This document shows, piece after piece, positions 1 to 11,066 of a DNA stretch of 64,000 bases. A program made the translations under genes and the position numbers. Numbering within the stretch: the first letter of the stretch is position 1; every line of letters starts with the position of its first letter. The notes below the pieces were generated by a model. That model worked only from the letters and a program-made list of their open reading frames with translations. It was not told the origin of the DNA and did no database searches. The stretch is taken from the NCBI GenBank assembly GCA_913047625.1, contig CAJWUJ010000005.1, positions 6,239-70,238 on the forward strand, in the 5' to 3' direction. The stretch comes from an uncultured Dehalococcoidia bacterium. GTDB lineage: Bacteria; Chloroflexota; Dehalococcoidia; Lucifugimonadales; CAJWUJ01.

Positions 1-2
1 AA

Positions 3-500
3 ATCGATGGTGCACTCGCAACGATACAACTCCACGATAAAACAAATATCGGAGATGTATTCCAATTGCAAGGCCCCGGCGGCGATTTCTACTACGACAA
101 AGACAATAAGAAGCCTGTTGTACTAATAGCAGGTGGGATAGGTATAACTCCATTCATTAGCATGACAAAATACATAAACAAGACGAACCCAACTTTGCCC
201 ATTGTACTAATACACAGTGCTAAGATCCCATCAGAGCTGATATTCAAGAAAGAAATATCTCAAATCTCAAAACTGAATCCTAATGTCGAATCAATATTTA
301 CTATAACTCAACCTGATCAAAGCATGAGTAAGTGGAATGGAAGGACAGGTAGAATAGATAAATCACTACTTTCCGGTTTCACTTCTGACAATTCGCATCT
401 ATTCCTGATAAGCGGTCCTGATGCAATGCAAGAATATGTTGAATCTAATCTAATTGATCTAGGGGTTTTACAGAGTAATATAAGAAGAGAAGCTTGGTAG
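3..500 (+). CDS. FNR-like FAD/NAD(P)-binding oxidoreductase, C-terminal part (5' end outside window)
   Basis: The frame is open from base 3 (IGDVFQLQGPGGDFYY). VVLIAGGIGITPF is the NAD(P)-binding motif typical of ferredoxin-NADP-reductase-type modules. Stop at 498-500. Confidence 0.7.
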   Translation: MDGALATIQLHDKTNIGDVFQLQGPGGDFYYDKDNKKPVVLIAGGIGITPFISMTKYINKTNPTLPIVLIHSAKIPSELIFKKEISQISKLNPNVESIFTITQPDQSMSKWNGRTGRIDKSLLSGFTSDNSHLFLISGPDAMQEYVESNLIDLGVLQSNIRREAW

Positions 501-582
501 CTTTACTCTCAAATTGACGGGTGACTTGAAATACAACCATACTTTTCAGTAATATTATGGACTCAAAAAGAACTCAACGGGA

Positions 583-1272
583 GTGGGATACCGTAATATG
601 AACTCCTTAAGACAGATAACCCTATTAGCCCCCAAAGATAGAAGGATTAATCTAGAAAACCCGGAAGGGGATGGATTAATGCTTGAATTCTCTGATGACG
701 CCAACTCTGTAGATATATCTATCGATAATAACCGTCCATCGCTGGTAGTTATAGATTTGGGAGCTTTCTGGGCATATCAATGCACAGCTATTATTCAGAA
801 ATGTTACGAATATCAGATCCCAGTGCTAGGAATATTACCCGAAGACTTTGATCTGGATTTGATAACGTCTCTAAATCTTTCGGACTTTATATTTTGCCCA
901 TTCACTCAGAGAGAATTCAAGACTCGTATTCAAAGATTAATTTCCAGACAAACAAGCGTAAATGAGTCTAGCATTATAAGAGTAGGGTCTATGAGAATAG
1001 ACCTGGACAGCTATGAAGTTACGATATCCGGTGATAAAGTGATATTAACATATAAAGAGTTCCAGTTACTCTGCCTCATGGCGAACACCCCTGGCAGGGT
1101 CTACTCACGTGAGGCACTTCTAAGCAGCGTTTGGGGATATGATTATTTTGGCGGAACTAGAACGGTGGATGTACACATAAGAAGATTGCGTAGTAAGATA
1201 GAAAACAAAGGTAGTATATTCATAGATACGATAAGAAACGTTGGTTACCGATTCAATCACCCAATAAAATAG
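583..1272 (+). CDS. OmpR/PhoB-family winged-helix regulator with degenerate receiver domain (GlnR-like orphan response regulator)
   Basis: The C-terminus carries a Trans_reg_C signature (YKEFQLLCLMANTPGRVYSREALLSSVWGYDYFGGTRTVDVHIRRLRSKIE...IRNVGYRF). The N-terminal receiver keeps an Asp in VVIDLG but lacks the acidic pair and the conserved Lys (FIFCPF). The start is uncertain: GTG 583 or ATG 598. Confidence 0.8.
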   Translation: MGYRNMNSLRQITLLAPKDRRINLENPEGDGLMLEFSDDANSVDISIDNNRPSLVVIDLGAFWAYQCTAIIQKCYEYQIPVLGILPEDFDLDLITSLNLSDFIFCPFTQREFKTRIQRLISRQTSVNESSIIRVGSMRIDLDSYEVTISGDKVILTYKEFQLLCLMANTPGRVYSREALLSSVWGYDYFGGTRTVDVHIRRLRSKIENKGSIFIDTIRNVGYRFNHPIK

Positions 1273-1508
1273 GGGTCTACCTACCGTCTCTTATTTGAAT
1301 ATATGAATATATACTGGATAGATTTAACATATATGTAACACCACATCACGGACGTACTACCGATGAGATGTTATTATAACTAGAGATAGCTCTCCATAAA
1401 TCTGGGTTCGACATTCCCATATGAGAAATATGGACAGGCATAACCTGGGCGGAGAAAAGCTAATGGATAAACTACCAAAATACATAGAACTTAAATGGAG
1501 GTGATCTA

Positions 1509-2510
1509 ATGGTGTACAAGGCAGAATACTTATGGTTAGATGGTACTACTCCCTCAGCTAGGCTCAGGTCAAAAACAAAAGTAATAGCTGACGGCGAGCT
1601 TCCCCCAGTATGGGGATTCGATGGATCCAGTACCCAACAAGCCTCAGGAGATAATTCGGATGTAGTACTCAATCCTGTGCTAACCGTACCAGATCCAATA
1701 CGTGGCGGTAACAACGTTATAGTAATGACAGAAACCCTGCTAACCGATATGACTCCACACCCAACCAATACTAGGGCAGCATGCGCAGCGGCGTCTAACA
1801 AGTTTGCTAGTCTAGACACATGGTTTGGCATAGAACAGGAATACACATTCTTCCAAGGATCCTCACCTCTGGGCTGGCCGTCCAACGGTTACCCTGCCCC
1901 ACAAGGTGACTACTACTGTGGTGTAGGGGCGGATGTGATTTTCGGTAGAGATATTGTAGAAGAGCATATGGATGCCTGTATAGCAGCCGGACTACATATA
2001 GCAGGTATCAATGCAGAAGTGATGCCTGGTCAATGGGAATTCCAAATTGGACCCATTAACACCCCTCAAGTCGCTGATGAACTTTGGATAGCAAGATGGC
2101 TACTGTCTAGGATAGCAGAGGATTTTGATGTTACAGTCTCCTTAGACGCTAAACCAGTACAAGGTGACTGGAATGGAGCCGGGGCACACACAAACTTTTC
2201 TACTAATCAAATGAGGGAAAACTATGAAGCATGTGTTGCTGCAGCGGAGGCCCTGGGAACGAATGCCGCTGAACACATTGCCAACTACGGAGCAGGCATT
2301 GAGCAGCGCCTTACTGGAAAACACGAAACCGCTAGCTATAAGGATTTCTCATATGGAGTATCTGACAGAGGAGCTTCTATCCGAATCCCATGGCAAGTTG
2401 CTAGAGACCAAAAAGGATATATTGAAGATAGAAGGCCAAATGCAAACGTAGACCCATACGTATCTACCCGATTAATAATCGAAACCGTCTGCGGTGCTAT
2501 AAAGAAATAA
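1509..2510 (+). CDS. glnII: glutamine synthetase type II (eukaryote-like GSII)
   Basis: 333 aa. N-terminal KAEYLWLDG motif, and the overall GSII length and pattern (GINAEVMPGQWEFQIGP, RGASIRIP). GGAGGTG Shine-Dalgarno 5 nt upstream of the ATG. Confidence 0.9.
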   Translation: MVYKAEYLWLDGTTPSARLRSKTKVIADGELPPVWGFDGSSTQQASGDNSDVVLNPVLTVPDPIRGGNNVIVMTETLLTDMTPHPTNTRAACAAASNKFASLDTWFGIEQEYTFFQGSSPLGWPSNGYPAPQGDYYCGVGADVIFGRDIVEEHMDACIAAGLHIAGINAEVMPGQWEFQIGPINTPQVADELWIARWLLSRIAEDFDVTVSLDAKPVQGDWNGAGAHTNFSTNQMRENYEACVAAAEALGTNAAEHIANYGAGIEQRLTGKHETASYKDFSYGVSDRGASIRIPWQVARDQKGYIEDRRPNANVDPYVSTRLIIETVCGAIKK

Positions 2511-2537
2511 GCCAACAGCTTCTAATTAGCCTCACGA

Positions 2538-2572
2538 GGGACGGCCGGGCTTAATGCCCGGCCGTCCCTTAT
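2538..2572 (+). terminator. rho-independent terminator after glnII
   Basis: Perfect 13-bp GC-rich stem GGGACGGCCGGGC / GCCCGGCCGTCCC with loop TTAAT, followed by TTATA. Confidence 0.75.
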
Positions 2573-2777
2573 AGCAGAATGGACAATGACAACATTCGCA
2601 CTCAAAAACCATATGCATTATTATCGTTATATATGGCCCACATATGACTCTTTCCGTATTTTCGAAGCCACATACTTACGTTTTATTAGCTTTTCCATAA
2701 CAAGCAGCTACACTATGGATATCCGCTTCTTTACAATTAGGCACCTAAGAGGATAAAATTACTTTTTATGGCTGAGA

Positions 2778-2806
2778 TTGACACAAACTTCACAATCTCA
2801 TATAGT
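2778..2806 (+). promoter_or_regulatory. sigma70-like promoter candidate for glnA (TTGACA-17 nt-TATAGT)
   Basis: TTGACA at 2778-2783, exactly 17 nt of spacer, TATAGT at 2801-2806. It lies about 40 nt upstream of the glnA start. Confidence 0.45.
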
Positions 2807-2846
2807 GTGTCTTCTTATTAATACAGCCACTTAAATAGGTGAGGAT

Positions 2847-4178
2847 TTGCAGTACACGGATGAATCTAAATCATATGTCCTAAGAACAGTCAGAGAAAAT
2901 GATGTAAAATTCATAAGGCTATGGTTCACGGATATTCTGGGAGCCCTGAAGGGCTTTGCTATAAACGCCCAGGAATTAGAAGACGCCTTAGAGCATGGTG
3001 CAAGCTTCGATGGATCTTCTATTCAGGGATTCGCTCGCATAGATGAAAGCGATATGATAGCAATGCCCGACCCTTCAACGTTCCGTATACTGCCTTGGCG
3101 GCCACGCCAAAATGCTGTGGCAAGAATGTTCTGCGATATACTCACCCCTGAAGGAAAGCCCTTTCCTGGAGACCCTCGATATATACTCAAGAATAATTTG
3201 GACAGAGCTGCAAAAATGGGCTTTACATTTTATGTTGGGCCGGAATTAGAATACTTCTATTTCAAAGATGCAACTTCTACCAAATTCTTAGATTCCGGAG
3301 GGTATTTTGACCAAACTCCTACGGACATGGCCACAGATCTTAGGCGAGAATCAGTTTTGACATTGGAAGATATGGGGATACCAGTTGAATACAGTCACCA
3401 CGAAGTCTCCCCGAGTCAACATGAGATAGACCTGCGATACACAGACGCCCTAACAATGGCAGACAATGTAATGACTCATAGGCTCATAATAAAGGAAATA
3501 GCAGCTAGCCATGGAGTCTATGCGACCTTTATGCCAAAACCAGTTTCAAATATAAATGGCAGTGGAATGCATGTACATCAGTCTCTCTTCAAAGGAAATG
3601 AAAACGCATTCTTTAAAGCTGATGGCCCTTTTCATCTCTCCGATATCGCCAAGTCATATATAGCTGGACTGATGTACCATGCAAAGGAGATTACAGCAGT
3701 TACCAATCAATGGGTAAACTCGTATAAACGATTGGTACAAGGATACGAAGCACCGATATATATATCCTGGGCAAGTATAAATAGATCTGATCTCATAAGA
3801 ATTCCTGCTTACAATGGGCGCGAAGAATCTGTGAGGCTTGAATACAGGGCACCTGATCCGGCATGCAATCCATATCTTGCATTCTCAGTAATGCTTACTG
3901 CTGGCCTAGAAGGAATAGAAAATGGATATCCAGTACCTGAACCGGTTGAGGAGAATATCTACGATATGACAGATCAACAACGCAGGACTAAAGGTATTGA
4001 GACTCTGCCTAGCAGTCTATCTGAAGCCATAGCATTGGCTGAAAATAGTACTGTTGTCAGGAAGGCCTTAGGCGATCATATATTCGAAAGCTTCATAAGA
4101 AACAAAAGAATAGAATGGGATATGTATCGAGCACAGGTCACTGAATATGAACTGGAGAAATACCTGCCCAATCTATAA
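2847..4178 (+). CDS. glnA: glutamine synthetase type I
   Basis: 443 aa. VKFIRLWFTDILG and FDGSSIQGF N-terminal beta-grasp motifs, and the NGSGMHVHQSLF ATP-site region. TTG start preceded by GGTGAGGA. Confidence 0.92.
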   Translation: MQYTDESKSYVLRTVRENDVKFIRLWFTDILGALKGFAINAQELEDALEHGASFDGSSIQGFARIDESDMIAMPDPSTFRILPWRPRQNAVARMFCDILTPEGKPFPGDPRYILKNNLDRAAKMGFTFYVGPELEYFYFKDATSTKFLDSGGYFDQTPTDMATDLRRESVLTLEDMGIPVEYSHHEVSPSQHEIDLRYTDALTMADNVMTHRLIIKEIAASHGVYATFMPKPVSNINGSGMHVHQSLFKGNENAFFKADGPFHLSDIAKSYIAGLMYHAKEITAVTNQWVNSYKRLVQGYEAPIYISWASINRSDLIRIPAYNGREESVRLEYRAPDPACNPYLAFSVMLTAGLEGIENGYPVPEPVEENIYDMTDQQRRTKGIETLPSSLSEAIALAENSTVVRKALGDHIFESFIRNKRIEWDMYRAQVTEYELEKYLPNL

Positions 4179-4221
4179 TGGAGCTTACTCATAATAAAGA
4201 GCATCACCAAGGGAGAATGAA

Positions 4222-7200
4222 TTGTTGAATTATCATAAAAACGGCCTATACGATCCTAATTTCGAACACGACGCCTGTGGTGTTGGTCTGGCCGCTAATA
4301 TCACTGGGGATAGAACACACCAAATAGTAAACAATGGCCTAGAAATACTAGATAATCTGGCTCACAGAGGAGCTTGCGGGTGTGACCCTCTAACTGGAGA
4401 TGGTGCAGGTATACTAATCCAAAAGCCTCATGATTTTTTCGTGAGAGAATGCAAGAAGTATAATATTGACCTACCCGAAGCAGACAAATATGGCGTAGGC
4501 ATGGTCTTCCTCCCGCCTAAATCTGAAGATCAAGCACTTTGCATAAAACTAATCGAAGATATCATCACTGAAGAAGGACAATACCTGATCGGATGGAGAG
4601 ACGTTCCAACAAACGACTCGGAAATTGGATATATAGCTCGAAATTCTCAGCCTTCTATCAAACAGGTATTCATACGCCGCAGCGATAATATCACGAATGA
4701 GACAGACCTAGAAAGAAAGCTTTATATAATAAGAAAAGTCATAGAAAATAGATCTGCCGACCTATCTGAAGAAGTCCAGAGCCATTTGTATATAGCTAGC
4801 CTTTCTTCAAACCGCATAGTGTATAAAGGACTCCTTGTTAGCACCCAATTGAGGGGATTCTACCCAGATTTATCCGATCTAGCGATGACAAGTGCATTTG
4901 CAATAGTGCACTCCAGATTTAGCACTAATACCATGGGATCATGGCGCCTAGCACATCCATACAGGTTAGTATGTCATAACGGAGAAATAAATACCGTAAG
5001 AGGGAATATAAATTGGATGACAGCTAGAGAATCTATGTTCTCATCCGAATTCTTCGGAGACGATATAAATAAATTGTTCCCCATAATTACTCCAGGTGCA
5101 AGTGATACCGCTTCTTTCGACAACACCTTGGAATTATTATTAGCTACAGGCAGGTCTCTACCACATGCTCTAATGATGATGATACCAGAGGCAACTGGAG
5201 AAAATGTGGAAATGCCTCTCGAAAAGAAACATTTCTACGATTATCATTCGTGCCTTATGGAACCTTGGGATGGACCAGCACTTATAGCTGCGACTGACGG
5301 TACTAGTATAGGAGTAGTACTCGATAGAAACGGATTACGCCCATTCAGATACGTAGTAACTAAAGATAACTTACTTGTCATGGCATCAGAAGTAGGCGTA
5401 CTTGATATCCCTCCGGAAGATATAGTTATAAAGGACAGAATCAGGCCTGGACGCATGTTTTTACTGGATACCAAAGAGGCGAGAATAATCGAAGATGAAG
5501 AGTTAAAGACTACATTAGCGAACAAACAACCATATGGCACATGGCTCAAGGCCAACAGTCTAAACATAGAAGACCTACCAGATATCACAACTACGACGAG
5601 TAAATCTAAGGATTTAAATGCCCTCCAGAAAACCTTTGGCTATACACTAGAAGATATGCAAATAATTCTTGATCCTATGGCATTGAACGGGTCTGAGCCT
5701 ATTGGGTCTATGGGGAATGATACGCCTCTGGCAGTGCTCTCAGATAAGACCCAATTGATGTTCAACTACTTCAAGCAGCTATTTGCTCAGGTTTCCAACC
5801 CACCATTGGATGCAATCAGAGAAGAACTTGTAACGTCACTAGAAGCATTCATCGGTTCAGAACAAAACCTGTTCGAAGAAACTCCTGAACATTGCAAGCA
5901 GCTGAGATTACACCAACCGATACTCACAAACGATGAACTTAATAAGATAAAACACATGCCTGACAATCTTATGAAAGTGTCTACCTGTAGTACATTATTT
6001 GATACAACTTCTGGAAGCGGATCATTAGAGATTGCAGTAAAGCAACTTTGCGACGATGCGTCAGACGCAGTAGACGCTGGTAATACCATAATCATCCTAT
6101 CCGACTTGGGTGTAAACGATAGATTCGCTCCTATACCTAGCCTTCTAGCAACATCAGCAGTTCACCATCACCTGATAAGACAGGGTAAGAGGACCAAAGT
6201 TGGGTTAGTGGTAGAGTCAGGGGAGCCCAGGGAAGTAATGCACTTTGCCCTACTGATTGGATATGGAGCAGGTGCAATAAACCCATACTTGGCCCTAGAT
6301 ACATTGGATGAAAATATATCAGACGGCACTCTACTCGGAGCCGTGGACGTATACACAGGTCAAAAAAACTTTATCAAGGCAATAGGTAAAGGGGTATTGA
6401 AAATAATGTCCAAGATGGGGATTTCAACTGTACAAAGTTACCGAGGGGCTCAGATATTTGAAGCAATTGGGCTGAATCAGAACTTAATCGACAAATACTT
6501 CACATGGACACCTTCGAGAGTAGGAGGTATAGATATATCTCATATAGAAATTGATTCTAGATTACGACATGAATCTGCTTATATCCACTCACCTGTACTT
6601 GGAACACTAGAATTGGATCAAGGTGGCATATACCAGTGGAGACGTGATGGTGAATATCACATGTACAATCCTGAGTCAATTTCACTACTACAACAGTCCA
6701 CTCGAACTAATGACTACGACACATATCGAAAATTTGCTACGGCTATAGATCAACAAGATAGACAAGCCAAGACCCTAAGAGGGTTAATGGAATTTAAGTC
6801 TGACACAGAACCGATATCTATAGATGAAGTGGAACCTGTATCGGAAATAGTAAAAAGATTTGCAACAGGCGCTATATCACTTGGAGCCATTAGTCGAGAA
6901 GCTCATGAAACTCTAGCAATAGCAGCCAATAGAATAGGTGCCAAAAGTAATACTGGAGAAGGTGGGGAGGATCCGGTCAGGTTCACTTTAGATTCAAACG
7001 GAGATTCTCGCAATAGTGCTATTAAGCAAGTGGCCTCAGGAAGATTTGGAGTCACAACTAATTATCTTGTAAATGCTACGGACCTACAGATCAAGATGGC
7101 CCAAGGGTCCAAACCAGGTGAGGGGGGTCAATTGCCTGGACATAAGGTAGACGAATATATTGGTAAGATAAGACATACTACACCAGGAGTAGAATTGATC

Positions 7201-8742
7201 TCTCCACCGCCTCATCACGATATATACTCAATCGAAGATTTGGCTCAACTAATACATGATCTTAAAAACGTTAATCCCAAGGCGAGAATACATGTTAAAT
7301 TAGTCGCGGAAGTAGGAGTTGGTACAATCGCCGCTGGAGTTTCCAAGGGTCACGCAGACGTCGTACTTATAAGTGGTGACAGCGGTGGAACTGGAGCTTC
7401 TCCAGAATCTTCTGTGAAACACGCTGGGTTGCCATGGGAACTGGGATTGGCAGAAACTCAACAGGTACTATTGATGAACGACCTCAGGGGAAGGATTGTA
7501 GTCCAAACCGATGGCCAGTTAAAAACTGGTAGAGATGTGGCTATTGCATGCCTTCTTGGGGCAGAGGAATTTGGTTTCGCAACCGGCCCTCTGGTAACTC
7601 TCGGCTGCATAATGCTAAGGAAATGCCACCTAAACACTTGCTCTGTTGGTATTGCAACTCAAGACCCAGAACTCAGAAAGAAGTTCGCGGGTAAACCAGA
7701 ATATGTAATAAACTATTTCTACTTCATCGCAGAGCATTTGAGAGAAATAATGGCAAAACTTGGTTTCAAGACCGTGAATGAAATGGTTGGCAGAATGGAT
7801 ATGTTAGAACCAAACATGGCAGTAGAACATTGGAAAGAGAAAGGATTGGATCTATCTCCAATGCTAACCCTCCCTGACGTGCCACAGGGAACAAGCCGGT
7901 TCTGCAACAGCGAACAGGACCACGGCCTAGAAAATTCTCTTGACCATAAACTCATATCATTGTCTGAAACAGCGATCGAGAATAGTTCACCGGTAACCAT
8001 TGATCTGCCCATCAATAACTCTAACAGAGTAGTTGGTGCGATGCTAAGCGGAAGGATTGCAGAAAAACATGGGGATGAGGGCCTTCCTGAAGACACAATA
8101 ACATGCATATTCCGCGGTTCAGCTGGCCAAAGTTTTGGAGCATTCTTAACAACTGGTGTTACGTTAAACTTGTTAGGAGACGCCAACGATTATTTTGCAA
8201 AAGGCATGTCTGGGGGTAGAATAGTATTAAGACCTCCGCAAGAATCGTCATTCACTCCAGAAGAAACTACCATAGTAGGTAACGTAGTGCTATATGGTGC
8301 TACAGGAGGTAAAGTATTTATAAACGGCTTAGCTGGAGAAAGATTCGGGGTAAGGAACAGTGGAGCCAGTGTAGTCGTTGAAGGAGTTGGAGATCATTGC
8401 TGCGAATATATGACAGGAGGAACAGTAGTAGTCCTCGGCGATACTGGTAGAAATTTCGCGGCAGGTATGAGTGGTGGTATATCATACGTATTTGACGAAT
8501 CTGGAGACTTCGAGAGTCGTTGCAATCTGGACATGGTAGGACTTGAGAACCTAGCAGCAGAAGACGAAATAATACTTAAGAAACTTATACAAGAGCACAA
8601 GGACTACACAGATAGTGCAAATGCAAAGAGCATACTTGCATCTTGGAATAAAATGAAGGATAAATTTGTTAAGATAATACCCAACGACTATAAGAGGGTA
8701 TTAGAAGAGAGAAAAGCTGAAGGAAAGGTGAGCATTGGGTAA
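4222..8742 (+). CDS. gltB: glutamate synthase (GOGAT) large subunit
   Basis: 1506 aa. Ntn amidotransferase Cys (EHDACGVG), FMN/3Fe-4S central domain, and a C-terminal GXGXG beta-helix region. Confidence 0.95.
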   Translation: MLNYHKNGLYDPNFEHDACGVGLAANITGDRTHQIVNNGLEILDNLAHRGACGCDPLTGDGAGILIQKPHDFFVRECKKYNIDLPEADKYGVGMVFLPPKSEDQALCIKLIEDIITEEGQYLIGWRDVPTNDSEIGYIARNSQPSIKQVFIRRSDNITNETDLERKLYIIRKVIENRSADLSEEVQSHLYIASLSSNRIVYKGLLVSTQLRGFYPDLSDLAMTSAFAIVHSRFSTNTMGSWRLAHPYRLVCHNGEINTVRGNINWMTARESMFSSEFFGDDINKLFPIITPGASDTASFDNTLELLLATGRSLPHALMMMIPEATGENVEMPLEKKHFYDYHSCLMEPWDGPALIAATDGTSIGVVLDRNGLRPFRYVVTKDNLLVMASEVGVLDIPPEDIVIKDRIRPGRMFLLDTKEARIIEDEELKTTLANKQPYGTWLKANSLNIEDLPDITTTTSKSKDLNALQKTFGYTLEDMQIILDPMALNGSEPIGSMGNDTPLAVLSDKTQLMFNYFKQLFAQVSNPPLDAIREELVTSLEAFIGSEQNLFEETPEHCKQLRLHQPILTNDELNKIKHMPDNLMKVSTCSTLFDTTSGSGSLEIAVKQLCDDASDAVDAGNTIIILSDLGVNDRFAPIPSLLATSAVHHHLIRQGKRTKVGLVVESGEPREVMHFALLIGYGAGAINPYLALDTLDENISDGTLLGAVDVYTGQKNFIKAIGKGVLKIMSKMGISTVQSYRGAQIFEAIGLNQNLIDKYFTWTPSRVGGIDISHIEIDSRLRHESAYIHSPVLGTLELDQGGIYQWRRDGEYHMYNPESISLLQQSTRTNDYDTYRKFATAIDQQDRQAKTLRGLMEFKSDTEPISIDEVEPVSEIVKRFATGAISLGAISREAHETLAIAANRIGAKSNTGEGGEDPVRFTLDSNGDSRNSAIKQVASGRFGVTTNYLVNATDLQIKMAQGSKPGEGGQLPGHKVDEYIGKIRHTTPGVELISPPPHHDIYSIEDLAQLIHDLKNVNPKARIHVKLVAEVGVGTIAAGVSKGHADVVLISGDSGGTGASPESSVKHAGLPWELGLAETQQVLLMNDLRGRIVVQTDGQLKTGRDVAIACLLGAEEFGFATGPLVTLGCIMLRKCHLNTCSVGIATQDPELRKKFAGKPEYVINYFYFIAEHLREIMAKLGFKTVNEMVGRMDMLEPNMAVEHWKEKGLDLSPMLTLPDVPQGTSRFCNSEQDHGLENSLDHKLISLSETAIENSSPVTIDLPINNSNRVVGAMLSGRIAEKHGDEGLPEDTITCIFRGSAGQSFGAFLTTGVTLNLLGDANDYFAKGMSGGRIVLRPPQESSFTPEETTIVGNVVLYGATGGKVFINGLAGERFGVRNSGASVVVEGVGDHCCEYMTGGTVVVLGDTGRNFAAGMSGGISYVFDESGDFESRCNLDMVGLENLAAEDEIILKKLIQEHKDYTDSANAKSILASWNKMKDKFVKIIPNDYKRVLEERKAEGKVSIG

Positions 8743-10186
8743 ATCAACAGGTTTCATGGAATTCCAGAGGAGAACTCCAGAGAAGCGCGCAATAGCTGAA
8801 AGACTCAGGGATTCGAAAGAACTATACAACACGTGGCCTGAGAAGGATATTAAGGATCAGGGTGCCCGTTGTATGAACTGTGCCGTACCATTTTGTCACA
8901 CAGGATGCCCGCTCGGAAACCTAATCCCAGAATGGAACCATCTGGTCTACACAGGTCAATGGGAATCAGCTCTAGTCAGACTCCATTCAACGAATAATTT
9001 CCCAGAATTCACAGGTAGAATATGTCCAGCCCCATGCGAACCAGCATGTGTCCTTTCTATAAATCAAGATCCTGTAACTATAGAATATATAGAGAAGGCA
9101 ATAGTAGACAAAGGGTTTGAAGAAGGTTGGATAAAACCAGAACCACCAAAAACTAGGACAGGGAAAAATGTCGCCGTCATAGGTTCTGGACCGGCAGGAT
9201 TAGCAGCATCACAACAACTAAATAGAGCCGGACATACGGTAACTTTATTCGAAAGAGATGAATACATTGGTGGACTCTTGAGATTAGGTATACCAGATTT
9301 TAAACTAGATAAGAATATCGTTCAAAGACGCGTTGACCTTATGGCCGAAGAGGGAGTCATCTTCAAACCAAACACCGAAGTTGGAGTAGATATATCAGTC
9401 GAAGACATTAATAAAGAATTTGATGCGATATGTATTACAATAGGTGCCTGTGAACCAAGAGAATTAGCAGTGGAAGGCAGGGACTTATATGGAGTCCATT
9501 TAGCAATGGACTATCTTCCACAACAAAACAGACGAATAGCCGGTCACAAAATAGACCCATCAGAATCTATATCCGCTGAAGGCAAGAGAGTTGTTATCCT
9601 CGGAGGAGGAGATACTGGCGCAGACTGTCTGGGGACTGCCCATAGACAAGGTGCAGAGATAGTTTACCAACTGGAGCTTCTACCAAAGCCACCAGAAACT
9701 AGAGGATCTAATAATCCCTGGCCTCAGTGGCCACTTATACTTAGGACCTCATCGGCACATGAAGAAGGCGGTTCAAGGGACTACAACATATTGACTAAAG
9801 GATTCTCTGGTAGCCAAGGCAAAGTCGAAAGGCTAGATGCAGTGAGAGTTGAATGGGGTAAGCCAGATGAGTCTGGCCGGCCTGTAATGAGTGAAATTCC
9901 TGACAGTGCATTTTCCATAGAAGTCGATTTAGTGCTACTGGCAATGGGATTCATACACCCTGAACATGAAGGGCTTATAAAGGACCTAGGAATAGATTTG
10001 GACGATCGCGGCAATATAAGTACAAATTCTGACCGAATGACTAGTATCCCTGGGATTTTTGCTGGTGGAGATTCTGTTAGAGGTGCTTCACTTGTAGTAT
10101 GGGCAATAGCCGAGGGTAGGCAAGTAGCTCACGGCATAGATAAGTACCTCTCTGGTCAGTCAAACCTGCCATCAGTAGCAGTCTAA
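8735..10186 (+). CDS. gltD: glutamate synthase small subunit (NADPH)
   Basis: 483 aa starting [10 protein letters not shown]. Cys clusters [14 protein letters not shown], and the [13 protein letters not shown] dinucleotide fold. 8-nt overlap with gltB. Confidence 0.93.
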   Translation: MGKSTGFMEFQRRTPEKRAIAERLRDSKELYNTWPEKDIKDQGARCMNCAVPFCHTGCPLGNLIPEWNHLVYTGQWESALVRLHSTNNFPEFTGRICPAPCEPACVLSINQDPVTIEYIEKAIVDKGFEEGWIKPEPPKTRTGKNVAVIGSGPAGLAASQQLNRAGHTVTLFERDEYIGGLLRLGIPDFKLDKNIVQRRVDLMAEEGVIFKPNTEVGVDISVEDINKEFDAICITIGACEPRELAVEGRDLYGVHLAMDYLPQQNRRIAGHKIDPSESISAEGKRVVILGGGDTGADCLGTAHRQGAEIVYQLELLPKPPETRGSNNPWPQWPLILRTSSAHEEGGSRDYNILTKGFSGSQGKVERLDAVRVEWGKPDESGRPVMSEIPDSAFSIEVDLVLLAMGFIHPEHEGLIKDLGIDLDDRGNISTNSDRMTSIPGIFAGGDSVRGASLVVWAIAEGRQVAHGIDKYLSGQSNLPSVAV

Positions 10187-10267
10187 TATAATTCAGATAG
10201 ATAGAACTATATTAGATTATCTAATGCAAAGTCTTACCACAATGCCAGAAGAAAGAAGCGCTGATAA

Positions 10268-10984
10268 TTGGAGATACTTCTAAAAGGAGCAAAGGAGTTT
10301 GGGGTAAGTCTAAGTACAAAACAAATTGAAACATTCAAGTTGTTTCAAGAGGAATTGCTAGCTTGGAATGAGAATATAAACCTAACCTCAATAAAAGATA
10401 CAAACCTAGTTCAATCTAAGCATTTCCTAGAATCAATATCTTCATACAATCTTATTAAAGATATCTACCCGGACAGGCTATCTTTATTAGACCTAGGCAG
10501 CGGGGCAGGATTCCCAGGAATACCCCTAAAGATAATCGATCCCAATATAGATCTATGTCTTGTTGAATCTATCAAGAAGAAGGCTAATTTCTTAACATAT
10601 ATATCTTCGAAGCTTAGGCTTAATGATGTGACTATAGTTCCTGATAGAGCAGAACAAATAGCGAACGATACTGGCTACAGAGAGTCTTTCGATGTAGTAA
10701 TATCCAGGGCTGTGGCTCAACTCGGCACCTTACTAGAATTGGCCCTACCACTTGTGAGAGTCGGAGGATTATTTATAGCCCATAAATCCACAAGAATCGA
10801 GTCCGAAATTATGCAGGCTAACAAGGCTTCTGATCTACTGGGTGGTGAACTTAACAGTGTGCAAGAGGTATACATCAAAGATATCCTAGACCCATCTACT
10901 TTAGTTTTATACAAAAAAGTAAGAAAATCACCTAAAATCTACCCTAGACGGTCAGGAGTTCCCCGAAAAAACCCTCTGGCTTAA
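10268..10984 (+). CDS. rsmG: 16S rRNA (guanine527-N7)-methyltransferase
   Basis: 238 aa. NLTSIKD...HFLES and LLDLGSGAGFPGIPLKI SAM motifs, typical of GidB/RsmG. Confidence 0.88.
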   Translation: MEILLKGAKEFGVSLSTKQIETFKLFQEELLAWNENINLTSIKDTNLVQSKHFLESISSYNLIKDIYPDRLSLLDLGSGAGFPGIPLKIIDPNIDLCLVESIKKKANFLTYISSKLRLNDVTIVPDRAEQIANDTGYRESFDVVISRAVAQLGTLLELALPLVRVGGLFIAHKSTRIESEIMQANKASDLLGGELNSVQEVYIKDILDPSTLVLYKKVRKSPKIYPRRSGVPRKNPLA

Positions 10985-11066
10985 CCAATGATAATCGAAA
11001 GGCGTTAACATCAATAACCTATCTCTAAGCTCACGTTTCTTATCGAAGAGCAGCCTGTTTTCCATT

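Noticed and set aside
1472-1885. 137-aa minus-strand ORF
   Set aside because: It is antisense to the well-supported glnII gene and has a low-complexity translation with no motifs, so I treat it as a shadow ORF.
2511-2846. Glutamine riboswitch (glnA RNA motif) upstream of glnA
   Set aside because: I could not recognise the conserved core. The best promoter candidate leaves only a leader of about 40 nt. A covariance-model scan is needed to exclude it formally.
5244-8600. Several 60-155-aa minus-strand ORFs inside gltB (5244-5588, 5787-6095, 6168-6356, 7719-8186, 8394-8600)
   Set aside because: All are antisense shadows of a 1506-aa gene with unambiguous GOGAT motifs. Their translations are Ser/Pro/Leu-rich and featureless.
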